Translations under genes and position numbers: made by a program | NCBI GenBank assembly: GCA_017937505.1 | Contig: JAGBDL010000162.1 | Coordinates: 29-64,028 of the forward strand | Reading direction: 5' to 3' | Source of the DNA: Clostridia bacterium | Lineage (GTDB): Bacteria; Bacillota; Clostridia; Christensenellales; Aristaeellaceae | DNA: 64,000 nucleotides | Notes under the pieces: generated by a model | Database searches by the model: none | What the model was told of the DNA's origin: nothing | The model's input: the letters and a program-made list of their open reading frames with translations, nothing else | In this document: positions 1-10,746 of the stretch, one piece after another | Position numbering within the stretch: position 1 is the stretch's first letter | Layout of the letters: each line of letters starts with the position of its first letter

Positions 1-429
1 TTTGCGCGCCACGCGGCGGGACTGGAAAAGGCCAATTCCCGCGAGTTTGACGAGTGCGCACCGCACAAGGTCATCGACTTCATGCCCGGCCAGAGCGAGG
101 AGATCGACAAGGGCGGCACGCTGCGCCTGGGCAGCTATCCCTGCGAGATCGCGCCGGGCAGCACCATGGCGCGCTGCTATGGCGCGCAGCAGATCGCCGA
201 GCGCCATCGCCACCGCTATGAGTTCAACAACGAGTACCGCGAGAAGCTTCAGGAGGCGGGCCTGACGCTCAGCGGCCTTTCCCCGAACGGACGGCTCGTG
301 GAGGCGGTGGAGCTGACGGACGAGGCGTTCTTCGTCGGCGTGCAGTATCATCCGGAGTTCAGAAGCCGGCCGAACAAGCCGCATCCGCTCTTCGTCGGCT
401 TTGTCGGCGCTGCGGCGCAGCGCCGCTGA
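1..429 (+). CDS. pyrG: CTP synthase, C-terminal glutamine amidotransferase part (5' end outside window)
   Basis: Frame 1 is open from base 1. Translation ...[10 protein letters not shown]...[11 protein letters not shown]...[18 protein letters not shown] is typical of the CTP synthase GATase domain. Confidence 0.9.
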   Translation, partial: FARHAAGLEKANSREFDECAPHKVIDFMPGQSEEIDKGGTLRLGSYPCEIAPGSTMARCYGAQQIAERHRHRYEFNNEYREKLQEAGLTLSGLSPNGRLVEAVELTDEAFFVGVQYHPEFRSRPNKPHPLFVGFVGAAAQRR

Positions 430-448
430 CGGCGGGGCGAGGTGCCGT

Positions 449-1888
449 ATGCACAAGGAATTCACGGGACTTCACGAGGAGTGCGGCGTGATGGGCGTCT
501 ATGCGCCCGGCCGGGCGGACGTCGCACAGTGCGCGTACTTCGGGCTGTATGCCCTGCAGCACCGCGGCCAGGAGAGTTGCGGCATCGCCGTGTCCGATGA
601 CGGCGTGTTCCGCCAGCACCGGGGCGATGGGCTGGTCGGCGAGGTCTTTTCACCGGACGAGCTCGCGCGTCTGGGACAGGGCAACATGGCTGTGGGCCAT
701 GTGCGCTATTCCACGACCGGCGGCAAGAACCCCAACAACATCCAGCCGGTCGTCGTCTGCCACGTCAAGGGCAACATGGCGTTGTGCCACAACGGCAACC
801 TGGTCAACGCCAATGCGCTGCGCCGGGAGCATGAACTCAGCGGCGCGATCTTCCACGGCACGACGGACACGGAGTCCATCGTCTATACCATCGTCTCTGA
901 GCGGCTGCACACCGGCTCCACGGAGGAGGCCGTCGCCTGCGCGATGCCGCGGCTGGCCGGCGCATATTCCTGTGTGCTGATGACCGCGACGAAGCTGATC
1001 GCCTTCCGCGATCCGACGGGCTTCCGGCCGCTGTGCTACGGGCAGACGAAGGACGGCGGGTACGTCGTCGCGTCGGAGTCCTGCGCGCTCGACGCGGTGG
1101 GCGCGCACCTTATCCGGGACATCGACCCCGGCGAGATCGTGATCTTCGGCGAGGACGGCGTGCGCACGGACAGGCGGCACTGCGGCAAGAAGCCGTCGCT
1201 TTGCGTGTTTGAATACATCTACTTTGCGCGCCCGGACTCGGTGATCGAGGGCCGGAGCGTGCACGCGGCGCGGCTGGACGCGGGCCGGTTCCTCGCGCGG
1301 GAAAACCCGGTGGATGCGGACGTGGTTGTCGGCGTGCCGGATTCCGGCATCGACGCGGCGATCGGCTATGCGCAGGAGAGCGGCATCCCGTATGGCGTGG
1401 GCTTCCTCAAGAATAAGTACGTCGGCCGCAGCTTCATCGCGCCGAGCCAGCAGCTGCGCGAAAACGCCGTGCGCATCAAGCTCAACGTGATCGCGGAGAC
1501 GGTGAGGGACAAGCGCGTGATCCTCATCGATGACTCGATCGTCCGCGGCACCACATCCGCGCGCATCGTCCGCCTTCTGCGGGAGGCGGGCGCCAAAGAG
1601 GTGCACATGCGCATCTCGTCCCCGCCGTTCAGGCATCCGTGCTATTTCGGCACGGACGTCGATTCCGAGGAAAATCTGATCGCGTGCCGCCTGCATTCCG
1701 TCGAGGAGATTGCGCAGGCCATCGGCGCGGATTCGCTGGCGTATCTCTCCGTGGAGGCCGCGCACGCGCTGGCGGGCGATGCGGCATGCCGCTACTGCGA
1801 CGGCTGCTTCACCGGGCGCTATCCCATCGGCATTCCCTCCGGGCAGGGCAAGAACAGGTTCGAGCAGCCGATTCACGGCAAGGAATAA
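449..1888 (+). CDS. purF: amidophosphoribosyltransferase
   Basis: MHKEFTGLHEECGVMGV (N-terminal nucleophile Cys), YALQHRGQES, the PRPP-binding loop VILIDDSIVRGTT and C-terminal Cys residues. ATG 449 chosen over the upstream in-frame ATG 401, which overlaps pyrG. Confidence 0.95.
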   Translation: MHKEFTGLHEECGVMGVYAPGRADVAQCAYFGLYALQHRGQESCGIAVSDDGVFRQHRGDGLVGEVFSPDELARLGQGNMAVGHVRYSTTGGKNPNNIQPVVVCHVKGNMALCHNGNLVNANALRREHELSGAIFHGTTDTESIVYTIVSERLHTGSTEEAVACAMPRLAGAYSCVLMTATKLIAFRDPTGFRPLCYGQTKDGGYVVASESCALDAVGAHLIRDIDPGEIVIFGEDGVRTDRRHCGKKPSLCVFEYIYFARPDSVIEGRSVHAARLDAGRFLARENPVDADVVVGVPDSGIDAAIGYAQESGIPYGVGFLKNKYVGRSFIAPSQQLRENAVRIKLNVIAETVRDKRVILIDDSIVRGTTSARIVRLLREAGAKEVHMRISSPPFRHPCYFGTDVDSEENLIACRLHSVEEIAQAIGADSLAYLSVEAAHALAGDAACRYCDGCFTGRYPIGIPSGQGKNRFEQPIHGKE

Positions 1889-2050
1889 TACTAATTCTTA
1901 TTAAAATGACTTAATCCGCGCATCGTCTTTTCCGCCCTGACTTTGCCTCGTTCCGTTCAACGTACCTCCAGTACGCCTCACTTCACTCGGCTTCGTCAGA
2001 GCGAAAAATCTGATGCACTCTGTTAAGCATTTTAATTGCGAATTAGTATA
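1887..2050. repeat. long imperfect palindrome filling the purF-purC spacer
   Basis: Outer arms atactaattcttattaaaatgacttaa (1887-1914) and ttaagcattttaattgcgaattagtat (2023-2050) are imperfect reverse complements. Inner arms gcatcgtcttttccgccctgac / gtcagagcgaaaaatctgatgc are also imperfect reverse complements. Confidence 0.55.
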
Positions 2051-2076
2051 AAGAACAAGCATAGGAGGAAGAAAAC

Positions 2077-2790
2077 ATGAAGATCATGGAGCAACTTTAC
2101 GAGGGCAAGGCCAAGAAGGTGTTTGCAACGGATGATCCGGAGCTTCTCGTCGTTCGCTACAAGGACGATGCGACGGCGTTCAACGGCCTGAAGAAGGGCA
2201 CGATCGCCGGCAAGGGCGTCATCAACAACCAGATGAGCAACCGGCTGATGGAGAAGCTGGCGGCTGCCGGCGTGCCGACGCACTATGTGCAGGAGCTCAG
2301 CGCGAACGAGACGCTGGTCAAGCGCGTGTTGATCGTGCCGCTGGAGGTCATCGTGCGCAACATCGCCGCAGGCTCCTTCTCCAAGCGCTATGGCGTGGAG
2401 GAGGGCGTGGTGTTTGACAGCCCGACGATCGAGTTCTCCTATAAGAACGATGCGCTGGGCGATCCGCTGCTCAATACCTATCACGCGCTGGCGCTCAAGC
2501 TGGCGACGCCGGAGGAGATTGAGACGATCAAGCGCTATTCCTTCGCGGTCAATGACTTCCTCAAGGCGTTCTGGAAGGAGTGCGGCGTGACGCTGGTGGA
2601 CTTCAAGCTTGAGTTCGGCCGCCTGGCAGACGGCACGATCATCCTGGCCGACGAGATCAGCCCGGATACCTGCCGCCTCTGGGACGCGAAGACCGGCGAA
2701 AAGCTGGATAAGGATCGCTTCCGCCGCGACCTGGGCGGCGTCGAGGAGGCCTACGGCGAGATCATGCGCCGCCTGACGGAGCACAACTAA
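2077..2790 (+). CDS. purC: phosphoribosylaminoimidazole-succinocarboxamide (SAICAR) synthase
   Basis: MKIMEQLYEGKAKKVF...YKDDATAFNG...LADEISPDTCRLWD match the PurC family. RBS aggagga lies upstream. Confidence 0.95.
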   Translation: MKIMEQLYEGKAKKVFATDDPELLVVRYKDDATAFNGLKKGTIAGKGVINNQMSNRLMEKLAAAGVPTHYVQELSANETLVKRVLIVPLEVIVRNIAAGSFSKRYGVEEGVVFDSPTIEFSYKNDALGDPLLNTYHALALKLATPEEIETIKRYSFAVNDFLKAFWKECGVTLVDFKLEFGRLADGTIILADEISPDTCRLWDAKTGEKLDKDRFRRDLGGVEEAYGEIMRRLTEHN

Positions 2791-2804
2791 AAAGCTGCGT
2801 GCTG

Positions 2805-3189
2805 TAAGCGCGAAGCGAAGAAGGGTCAAGGGACAATGTCCCTTGCGGGGTTTGGGGCAGCGCCCCAAGCAGGTTTTAGGGCGGCAGCCCTAACGTACCC
2901 ATGCGCGAAGCGCTATAAGCAAGAATCGCAGCGGAGCCGAAGGCGACTATTGCGATTCCGATACCGCAGCTTCAAACAAACGCATATCAAAAGGAGGTTC
3001 CTTGCTCAGGAGCCTCCTTTTATCGTGCTTAGAATATGCTTTGCGGGCCTTCCCCGTTTCAATCGTAGGCTGCTGCGCAGCCTGCTCTGAAACTGCGTTT
3101 TTCTTTGATGATTGGAGAACGATGGGGGCCTTGCCCCCATACCCCTGCCTGGAGACTCGCCCCCAGATCCCTTCTTCGCTTCGCGCTTA
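2805..3189. repeat. MITE-like intergenic element with 21-bp perfect terminal inverted repeats and many internal mini-hairpins
   Basis: taagcgcgaagcgaagaaggg (2805-2825) is the exact reverse complement of cccttcttcgcttcgcgctta (3169-3189). Internal hairpins include gggacaatgtccc, ggggcagcgcccc, agggcggcagccct, gaatcgca..tgcgattc, aaaggagg..cctcctttt, gcaggctgc..gcagcctgc and gggggccttgccccc. Confidence 0.6.
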
Positions 3190-3205
3190 TCCCCGAAGTG
3201 CTGCA

Positions 3206-3928
3206 TTATTCGAAGGTATAGAGCTGCTTATATCCAGCTTCGGGGTTCGGCGTGAGCACGAAGTACTTCTGCGAAAGCAGCGCCTCGGCGTCGCCACCGA
3301 AGTGCTCGCAGTATGCGCGCACATGCGGGGCCAGCTCCTCACGGTCCTCGTCCGTCATTTCCCGCACGAGCACCTGTCTGGGCAGGCCGGAGGGCGCCTC
3401 ATCGCAGCGCAGGATGATCTTGCCGCCATGCATGCCCGTGCCGCAGAAGAAGCGGCAGGGATACGCGCCATCTGCGCCGATGCCCAGCACGGCGATCAGG
3501 CCGCCGGCCAGGTATTCGCCCAGGAACGAGCCTGCCGTGCCGCCGACGATGAGCACGGGATGGCGCTCCATGTAGGCCTTCATGTGGATGCCGGCCCGGT
3601 AGCCGACATTGCCCTTGATCAGAATGCGGCCGCCGCGCATGCCGTAGGCGCAGGCGTCGCCGCAGCTGCCGTGAATGATGACCTCGCCCTGGTTCATCGT
3701 GTCGCCGACGGACTCCTGGCAGTTGCCGAAGACCTCGACCGTCGCGCCGTCCATGTACTGCGCCAGGCCGTTGCCCGGTGTGCCGTGCAGCGTGAAGCGC
3801 CGGTCCTTTTCCGCGCAGGCGATGTAGCGCTGGCCGCAGACGTTGTCAATCGTCACGTCCCTGTCCGCGCAGGCGCGCACTGCCTCGTTCAGCTGCTGAT
3901 AATACTGGCCGTTCGCGTCAATTCTCAT
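3206..3928 (-). CDS. GXGXG-motif protein (glutamate synthase alpha-subunit C-terminal domain-like)
   Basis: Repeated G-x-G beta-helix motifs (TLHGTPGNGLAQYMDG, VEVFGNCQESVGDTMNQG, IIHGSCGDACAYGMRGG, ILIKGNVGYRAG). Overlaps the next gene by 4 nt. Confidence 0.85.
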   Translation of the reverse strand: MRIDANGQYYQQLNEAVRACADRDVTIDNVCGQRYIACAEKDRRFTLHGTPGNGLAQYMDGATVEVFGNCQESVGDTMNQGEVIIHGSCGDACAYGMRGGRILIKGNVGYRAGIHMKAYMERHPVLIVGGTAGSFLGEYLAGGLIAVLGIGADGAYPCRFFCGTGMHGGKIILRCDEAPSGLPRQVLVREMTDEDREELAPHVRAYCEHFGGDAEALLSQKYFVLTPNPEAGYKQLYTFE

Positions 3929-5202
3929 AGGTGGGCACCTCCAAGCTTTCTCGCGCGCTCTGTGGCGGAGAACGCCATCAGCTGCGGGGTTTCGCGGATG
4001 AGTTCAAAGTCGATCGAGGACAGCGGCGTGCGCTCGCGCACCAGCGAGGTGTAGATGCCCGCGCGCTCGACGTCGCCCAGCATGATGAAGCCGACCAGGC
4101 GGTCGTCGCGGACGTAGAGCGCCTTGTACGCGTCCGGCGTGCGGGAGAGCAGCAGCTCGCCGTCATAGCTGCCCGCGCTGATGAGGTGCAGGCCCATGAA
4201 GCCCGTGGCGTTCATCGGCACGCCCTTGTCAAAGGAAGCCTCGCCGCCGGCCATGCGCCGGCCTGCGGTCTCGCCCTGCATCATGGCGTTGGGCCAGATG
4301 GCCAGCACGCGCGGCTTGCCGGTCTCCGGGTCGCTCTGCGCGGTGCAGTCGCCCGCGGCGTAGATGTCCGGAACGCTGGTTTCGCAGCCGCTGCTAATCA
4401 CGATGCCGCGCTCGACCCGGCATCCCGCGTCCGCGGCGAGCGCGGCGTTGGGCCGTACGCCCACGGCCAGCACGAGCACGTCGAACGGGATCTCTCCGCC
4501 GCTCTTCAGGTGGGCCAGGTTGGGCTCAAACCGCGCGACGCTGTCGCCCAGCGTGAAGCGCACGCCGTCCTTCTCAATCCGGCGCTGCACAATGGCCGCC
4601 GGCTCCTCCGGCAGCACGGCGGGCAGAATGCGCGGCGCGAGGTCGACCACGTCCACCGAGGCGGCCAGATGCAGGATGCCCTCCGCGCACTTGAGGCCGA
4701 TCAGGCCCGCGCCGAGGATGAGCACGCGCTTGTCCCTGCCCTCGCCGAGCATGGCCTTGAGGCCCAGCGCGTCGTCAAGCGTCCAGAAGGTCGTCTTGTC
4801 CTCCACCTGCTCAAGCCCATCCATCGGCGGGATGAATGGCACGGAGCCGGTGGTGATGCACAGCCGGTCATAGGGGAGAAGCTCGCCGGACGCCAGCGCG
4901 ACGGTGTGCGCGCTAGCGTCGATGGCGGTGACGGTTTCGCCCCGGAGGGCGTGCACGCCGTGCGTGGCCTCGTAGTCCGCGGGGCGGTAGGCAAGCACGT
5001 TCTCCATCGTCGTCTTGCCCTCCAGCAGATAGGAGATTAGCGGACGCCCGTAAAAGGGATAGGTTTCCTTGGAGACCAGCGTGATTTCGCCGGCCTTGTC
5101 GATGCTGCGGATGCCCTCGATGCAGCTGAGCGCGGCCGCGCCGCCGCCGATGATGACGTATTTCAACACGGGTCGCCTCCTCTTATCGTTCTTCGTAGAC
5201 AA
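3925..5202 (-). CDS. FAD/NAD(P)-dependent pyridine-nucleotide-disulfide oxidoreductase (electron-donor subunit of the split glutamate synthase cluster)
   Basis: YVIIGGGAAALSC and RVLILGAGLIGLKCAE dinucleotide-binding motifs, plus IYAAGDC. Confidence 0.85.
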   Translation of the reverse strand: MSTKNDKRRRPVLKYVIIGGGAAALSCIEGIRSIDKAGEITLVSKETYPFYGRPLISYLLEGKTTMENVLAYRPADYEATHGVHALRGETVTAIDASAHTVALASGELLPYDRLCITTGSVPFIPPMDGLEQVEDKTTFWTLDDALGLKAMLGEGRDKRVLILGAGLIGLKCAEGILHLAASVDVVDLAPRILPAVLPEEPAAIVQRRIEKDGVRFTLGDSVARFEPNLAHLKSGGEIPFDVLVLAVGVRPNAALAADAGCRVERGIVISSGCETSVPDIYAAGDCTAQSDPETGKPRVLAIWPNAMMQGETAGRRMAGGEASFDKGVPMNATGFMGLHLISAGSYDGELLLSRTPDAYKALYVRDDRLVGFIMLGDVERAGIYTSLVRERTPLSSIDFELIRETPQLMAFSATERARKLGGAHL

Positions 5203-5611
5203 TTGCCTTGTTCGGACAGCCCTGTACGCACAGCGGCATGCCGAACTCGTTCTTCTTGCACAGCTCGCACTTCTGGATCACGCCGGCCTCGCTGCGGCTC
5301 AGCGCGCCGTACGGGCAGGCCATGATGCACGAGAAGCAGCCCACGCACTTGCTGCTGTCCACCATGACCGCGCCGTCCGCAATGCTCAGCGCGCCGGAGA
5401 TGCAGCTCTTCACGCACAGCGGGTCGGTGCAGTGGCGGCAGGAGACGGCGAAGGAGATGTTGTTGCGCTCTTCGATGCGGATGCGCGGCGCGATGTGGCG
5501 ATCCTTGAGCGCCTTGATCATGCTCGATTTGCCGGAATTGGCGAACGCGCAGTAGTATTCGCACAGGTGGCAGCCCAGGCACCACTGCTCGTTGACGTAC
5601 ACTTTCTTCAT
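5183..5611 (-). CDS. 4Fe-4S dicluster ferredoxin-type protein
   Basis: Several CxxCxxC...C clusters (CLGCHLCEYYC, CRHCTDPLC, CVGCFSCIMACP, CELC...C). Confidence 0.85.
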   Translation of the reverse strand: MKKVYVNEQWCLGCHLCEYYCAFANSGKSSMIKALKDRHIAPRIRIEERNNISFAVSCRHCTDPLCVKSCISGALSIADGAVMVDSSKCVGCFSCIMACPYGALSRSEAGVIQKCELCKKNEFGMPLCVQGCPNKAIVYEER

Positions 5612-5617
5612 AATGAA

Positions 5618-7123
5618 TCACTCTCCCGCATGCTTGACGCCCAGAATGGCGAGCTCCCTGTCCGTGAGCCCCACGCCGCGCAGCATCAGGCGGTTGCCGC
5701 GAAGCGCTTCGATGGAGTTGATGCCCATGCCGCCCATCATCTCCTTGAGCTCGTGATCCCAGCTGGTGAGCAGGTTGATGAGGCGCTTTTCACCGATGTC
5801 CGGATTCAGGCGCTTGACCAGCTCCGGACGCTGCGTGGCGATGCCCCAGTTGCACTTGCCCATCTGGCAGGTGCGGCACAGGTGGCAGCCGAGCGCCAGC
5901 AGGGCGGCGGTGCCGATGTACACCGCGTCCGCACCCAGGGCGATGGCCTTGACCAGATCACTCGAGGAGCGGATGGAGCCGCCGATGACCAGGGAAACCC
6001 GGTCGCGGATGCCCTCGTCGCGCAGGCGCTGATCGACGCTGGCCAGCGCCAGCTCGATGGGGATGCCCACGTTGTCGCGGATGCGCGTGGGGGCCGCGCC
6101 CGTGCCGCCGCGGAAGCCGTCGATGGCGATGATGTCCGCGCCGGAGCGCGCGATGCCCGAGGCGATGGCCGCGACGTTGTGCACAGCGGCGATCTTGACG
6201 ATGACGGGCTTCTGGTAGCGCGTCGCCTCCTTGATGGAGAAGACGAGCTGGCGCAGGTCCTCGATGGAGTAGATGTCGTGGTGCGGCGCGGGGGAGATGG
6301 CGTCCGTGCCCTCGGGAATCATGCGGGTGCGGGAGATGTCCGGCCCGACCTTGATGCCCGGCAGATGGCCGCCGATGCCGGGCTTGGCACCCTGGCCCAT
6401 CTTGATCTCGATCGCTGCGCCGGCGTTCAGGTAATCCGGATGCACGCCGAAGCGGCCGGAGGCCACCTGCACGATGGTGTTGGCGCCGTACTGGTAGAAG
6501 TCCTGATGCAGGCCGCCCTCGCCGGTGTTGTAGTAGGTGCCCAGCGCCGTGGCAGCGCGGGCGAGGGAGGCGTGCGCGTTGTAGGAGATGGAGCCGTAGC
6601 TCATGGCGGAGAACATGACCGGGATGTTCAGATTGAGCTGCGGCGGCATGTTGTCCACGAGGTGGCCGTTTTCGTCGCGCTGGATGGCCGTCGGCTTGGC
6701 GCCCAGCGTGGTGCGCGTCTCCATCGGCTCGCGCAGCGGGTCGATGGACGGGTTGGTGACCTGTGAGGCGTTGATGAGCAGCTTGTCCCAGTAGATGGGA
6801 TACGGCTCCGGATTGCCCATGGAGGAGAGCAGCACGCCGCCGGTGCCGGCCTGACGGTAGACCTCGGAGATGGCCTTGCCGGTCCAATTGGCGTTCTCCT
6901 TGAAGGTATGATCGGTCTTGACGATCTTCAGCGCACGCGTGGGGCACAGCGACACACAGCGGTGGCAGTTCACGCACTTGCTCTCGTCGCTCATCATCAT
7001 GCCGAAGTCGGTGTCATAGTGATGCACGCCGTTGGCGCACTGGCGCTCGCATGCGCGGCAGGTGATGCAGCGCTGCGGATTGCGGATGACCTCATAGGGC
7101 GGGTACAGAAAGTCGATGGCCAT
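5618..7123 (-). CDS. glutamate synthase FMN-binding (GltS central domain) protein with N-terminal 2x[4Fe-4S] ferredoxin
   Basis: CITCRACERQC and CVNCHRCVSLCP at the N-terminus, then QGAKPGIGGHLPG, ITIDGFRGGTGAAP and GGSIRSSSD, typical of the GltB FMN domain. Confidence 0.9.
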   Translation of the reverse strand: MAIDFLYPPYEVIRNPQRCITCRACERQCANGVHHYDTDFGMMMSDESKCVNCHRCVSLCPTRALKIVKTDHTFKENANWTGKAISEVYRQAGTGGVLLSSMGNPEPYPIYWDKLLINASQVTNPSIDPLREPMETRTTLGAKPTAIQRDENGHLVDNMPPQLNLNIPVMFSAMSYGSISYNAHASLARAATALGTYYNTGEGGLHQDFYQYGANTIVQVASGRFGVHPDYLNAGAAIEIKMGQGAKPGIGGHLPGIKVGPDISRTRMIPEGTDAISPAPHHDIYSIEDLRQLVFSIKEATRYQKPVIVKIAAVHNVAAIASGIARSGADIIAIDGFRGGTGAAPTRIRDNVGIPIELALASVDQRLRDEGIRDRVSLVIGGSIRSSSDLVKAIALGADAVYIGTAALLALGCHLCRTCQMGKCNWGIATQRPELVKRLNPDIGEKRLINLLTSWDHELKEMMGGMGINSIEALRGNRLMLRGVGLTDRELAILGVKHAGE

Positions 7124-8238
7124 TACGCATGACCTCCTTTTTCAGTGTCATTGAGCGTGACGATGACGGGCTGTCCGCCGCCCGGGGACCAGATGCGGTC
7201 AAGCTCCGGCTCGATGACGCGGATGGCGCATTCCTCGGAGGCGATGTAGACCATGTCGTCCTTCTCGCCCACGACCATGGAGCGCAGCTTCAGCCGGTCG
7301 CCCAGCGCCATCAGACCGCCGGTGAAGCCGACGAGGATGGAGAACGGGCCGTTGATGAGCAGCGGGCCGAACGCGCGGCGCAGGTAGCTTGCGCGGGCGC
7401 GCTGCGGCTCGGGCATGTTCTCGATGGTGGACCAGAACGGCGCGGCGATCACGCCGGCAACCTCCTCCAGCGTCAGGCCGCGCTTGCGGGTCAGGTAGTC
7501 GATGATGTAGGCGATGGCCTCCGTGTCCGTCTTGAGCGTGCAGGCGTAGCCGAACATCTCGATGTAGCGGCGGTTCGCGTCGTAGCTGGAGATTTCGCCG
7601 TTGTGCACGACGGTGGTGTCCAGCAGCGAGAACGGATGCGCGCCGCCCCACCAGCCGGGCGTGTTCGTCGGGTAGCGGCCGTGCGCCGTCCAGCAGTAGC
7701 CGGCGTATTCGTCCAGCTTGTAGTAGCGGCCCACGTCCTCCGGGAAGCCCACGGCCTTGAAGACGCCCATGTTCTTGCCGGAGGAGAAGACGTACGCGCC
7801 GTCGATCTGCGCATTGACGTGCAGCGCGGCGCGGGCGACGAACTCGCGCTCATCCAGCTGCGAATCGCGGAGCACATTGACGATGGGTCTGAGGAAGTAA
7901 CGCAGGATGATCGGCTCGTTTGTGATGCAGGCCATGCGGCGCGTCGGAATCTTCTCGCAGCCGACGACCTCAAAGCGCCCGGTCAGGTAGGCCTCGCAGG
8001 CCTTCTGCGCGGCCGCGTCGTCATAAAAGAGATGAAAGGCGTAGTCGTCCTTGTGGCTGGGATAGATGCCGTAGCCGGCGAAGCCGCCGCCCAGGCCGTT
8101 GGAGCGGTCGTGCATGGGCTCGATGGAGCGGATGATCCTCTCGCCGCAGACGGCCTTTCCGCTTCTTGAAAATATGGAAGAGATGGCGCAGCCGGAGGGA
8201 ATGTGCTCCCGGCCTTCCAGATAGGCGTCTTTCGTCAT
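7123..8238 (-). CDS. class II glutamine amidotransferase (GltB N-terminal domain-like)
   Basis: PSGCAISSIFS nucleophile region, HGRYPTNTPGWWGGAHPF, VVHNGEISSY. ATG 8238 is preceded by aggagg; the upstream in-frame ATG 8292 lacks an RBS. Confidence 0.85.
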   Translation of the reverse strand: MTKDAYLEGREHIPSGCAISSIFSRSGKAVCGERIIRSIEPMHDRSNGLGGGFAGYGIYPSHKDDYAFHLFYDDAAAQKACEAYLTGRFEVVGCEKIPTRRMACITNEPIILRYFLRPIVNVLRDSQLDEREFVARAALHVNAQIDGAYVFSSGKNMGVFKAVGFPEDVGRYYKLDEYAGYCWTAHGRYPTNTPGWWGGAHPFSLLDTTVVHNGEISSYDANRRYIEMFGYACTLKTDTEAIAYIIDYLTRKRGLTLEEVAGVIAAPFWSTIENMPEPQRARASYLRRAFGPLLINGPFSILVGFTGGLMALGDRLKLRSMVVGEKDDMVYIASEECAIRVIEPELDRIWSPGGGQPVIVTLNDTEKGGHA

Positions 8239-8290
8239 GTCCTGCCTCCTGTAAAAAGAGGGAAAGTCCCTCCGGATTTTTGATATGCAC

Positions 8291-8319
8291 ATTATAGCGT
8301 CACAAGTGCCCGTTGTAAA
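8291..8319 (-). promoter_or_regulatory. candidate sigma-A promoter of the glutamate synthase operon
   Basis: Minus strand reads TTTACA (8319-8314), a 17-nt spacer, then TATAAT (8296-8291). It sits about 55 nt upstream of ATG 8238. Confidence 0.45.
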
Positions 8320-8421
8320 TGGGTTTTGAGCAAGAAAATGAAGCTAAAAGACAAATTCATTTAATTTTAGTCAGAAACAGTCGTAAAACTAATAAAAATT
8401 GCAAGAAGTGAAAATTAGACT

Positions 8422-8438
8422 TGTAAAAATGCTTGACA
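8422..8438. promoter_or_regulatory. GlnR/TnrA-type box (TGTNA-N7-TNACA) overlapping the glnN -35
   Basis: TGTAA-AAATGCT-TGACA is an exact fit to the 17-bp consensus. Its right half is the -35 hexamer. Confidence 0.35.
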
Positions 8439-8462
8439 AGTGGCTGGCGAATGCCGTATACT
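8433..8462 (+). promoter_or_regulatory. candidate sigma-A promoter of glutamine synthetase gene
   Basis: TTGACA (8433-8438), an 18-nt spacer, then TATACT (8457-8462). It is about 100 nt upstream of ATG 8564. Confidence 0.5.
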
Positions 8463-8563
8463 GGCCCACGTCAAGAACAGCGGCGAGGCCGAAACACGAT
8501 GCGGTGCGGCGGCGCGGCTTACACTTCCGGCGCGCATCGCGCTGACAGATGGGAGAGAAACGC

Positions 8564-10639
<2,076 letters not shown>

Positions 10640-10677
10640 TGCAGCGGACAGCGGAATAACAAAAGATTGCACAAGGG

Positions 10678-10714
10678 CGTGCATGCAGGATCACCCGCAT
10701 GCACGTCCTTTTGT
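10678..10714 (+). terminator. rho-independent terminator after glnN
   Basis: Stem cgtgcatgc (10678-10686) pairs with gcatgcacg (10697-10705), followed by tccttttgt. Confidence 0.6.
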
Positions 10715-10746
10715 ATATTCATGTTCAACATGAGGAGGTAAGGACT

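Noticed and set aside
650-1876. Long antisense or alternative-frame ORFs in the high-GC parts. Examples: 650-1876(-), 5069-6766(+), 8519-10684(-), 10630-11700(-), 18132-19634(-), 19514-21337(-), 57705-58769(-), 59531-60787(-), 60797-62122(-), 62212-63465(-).
   Set aside because: Each overlaps a gene on the other strand or frame that has clear family motifs. Their translations are Arg/Ala/His/Asp/Gly-rich low-complexity strings typical of stop-codon-poor GC-rich DNA, and none has an RBS or a recognisable motif.
8463-8563. Possible glutamine riboswitch or T-box in the glnN leader
   Set aside because: The 100-nt leader shows no glnA-motif E-loop/pseudoknot signature and no T-box specifier/antiterminator features that I can recognise.
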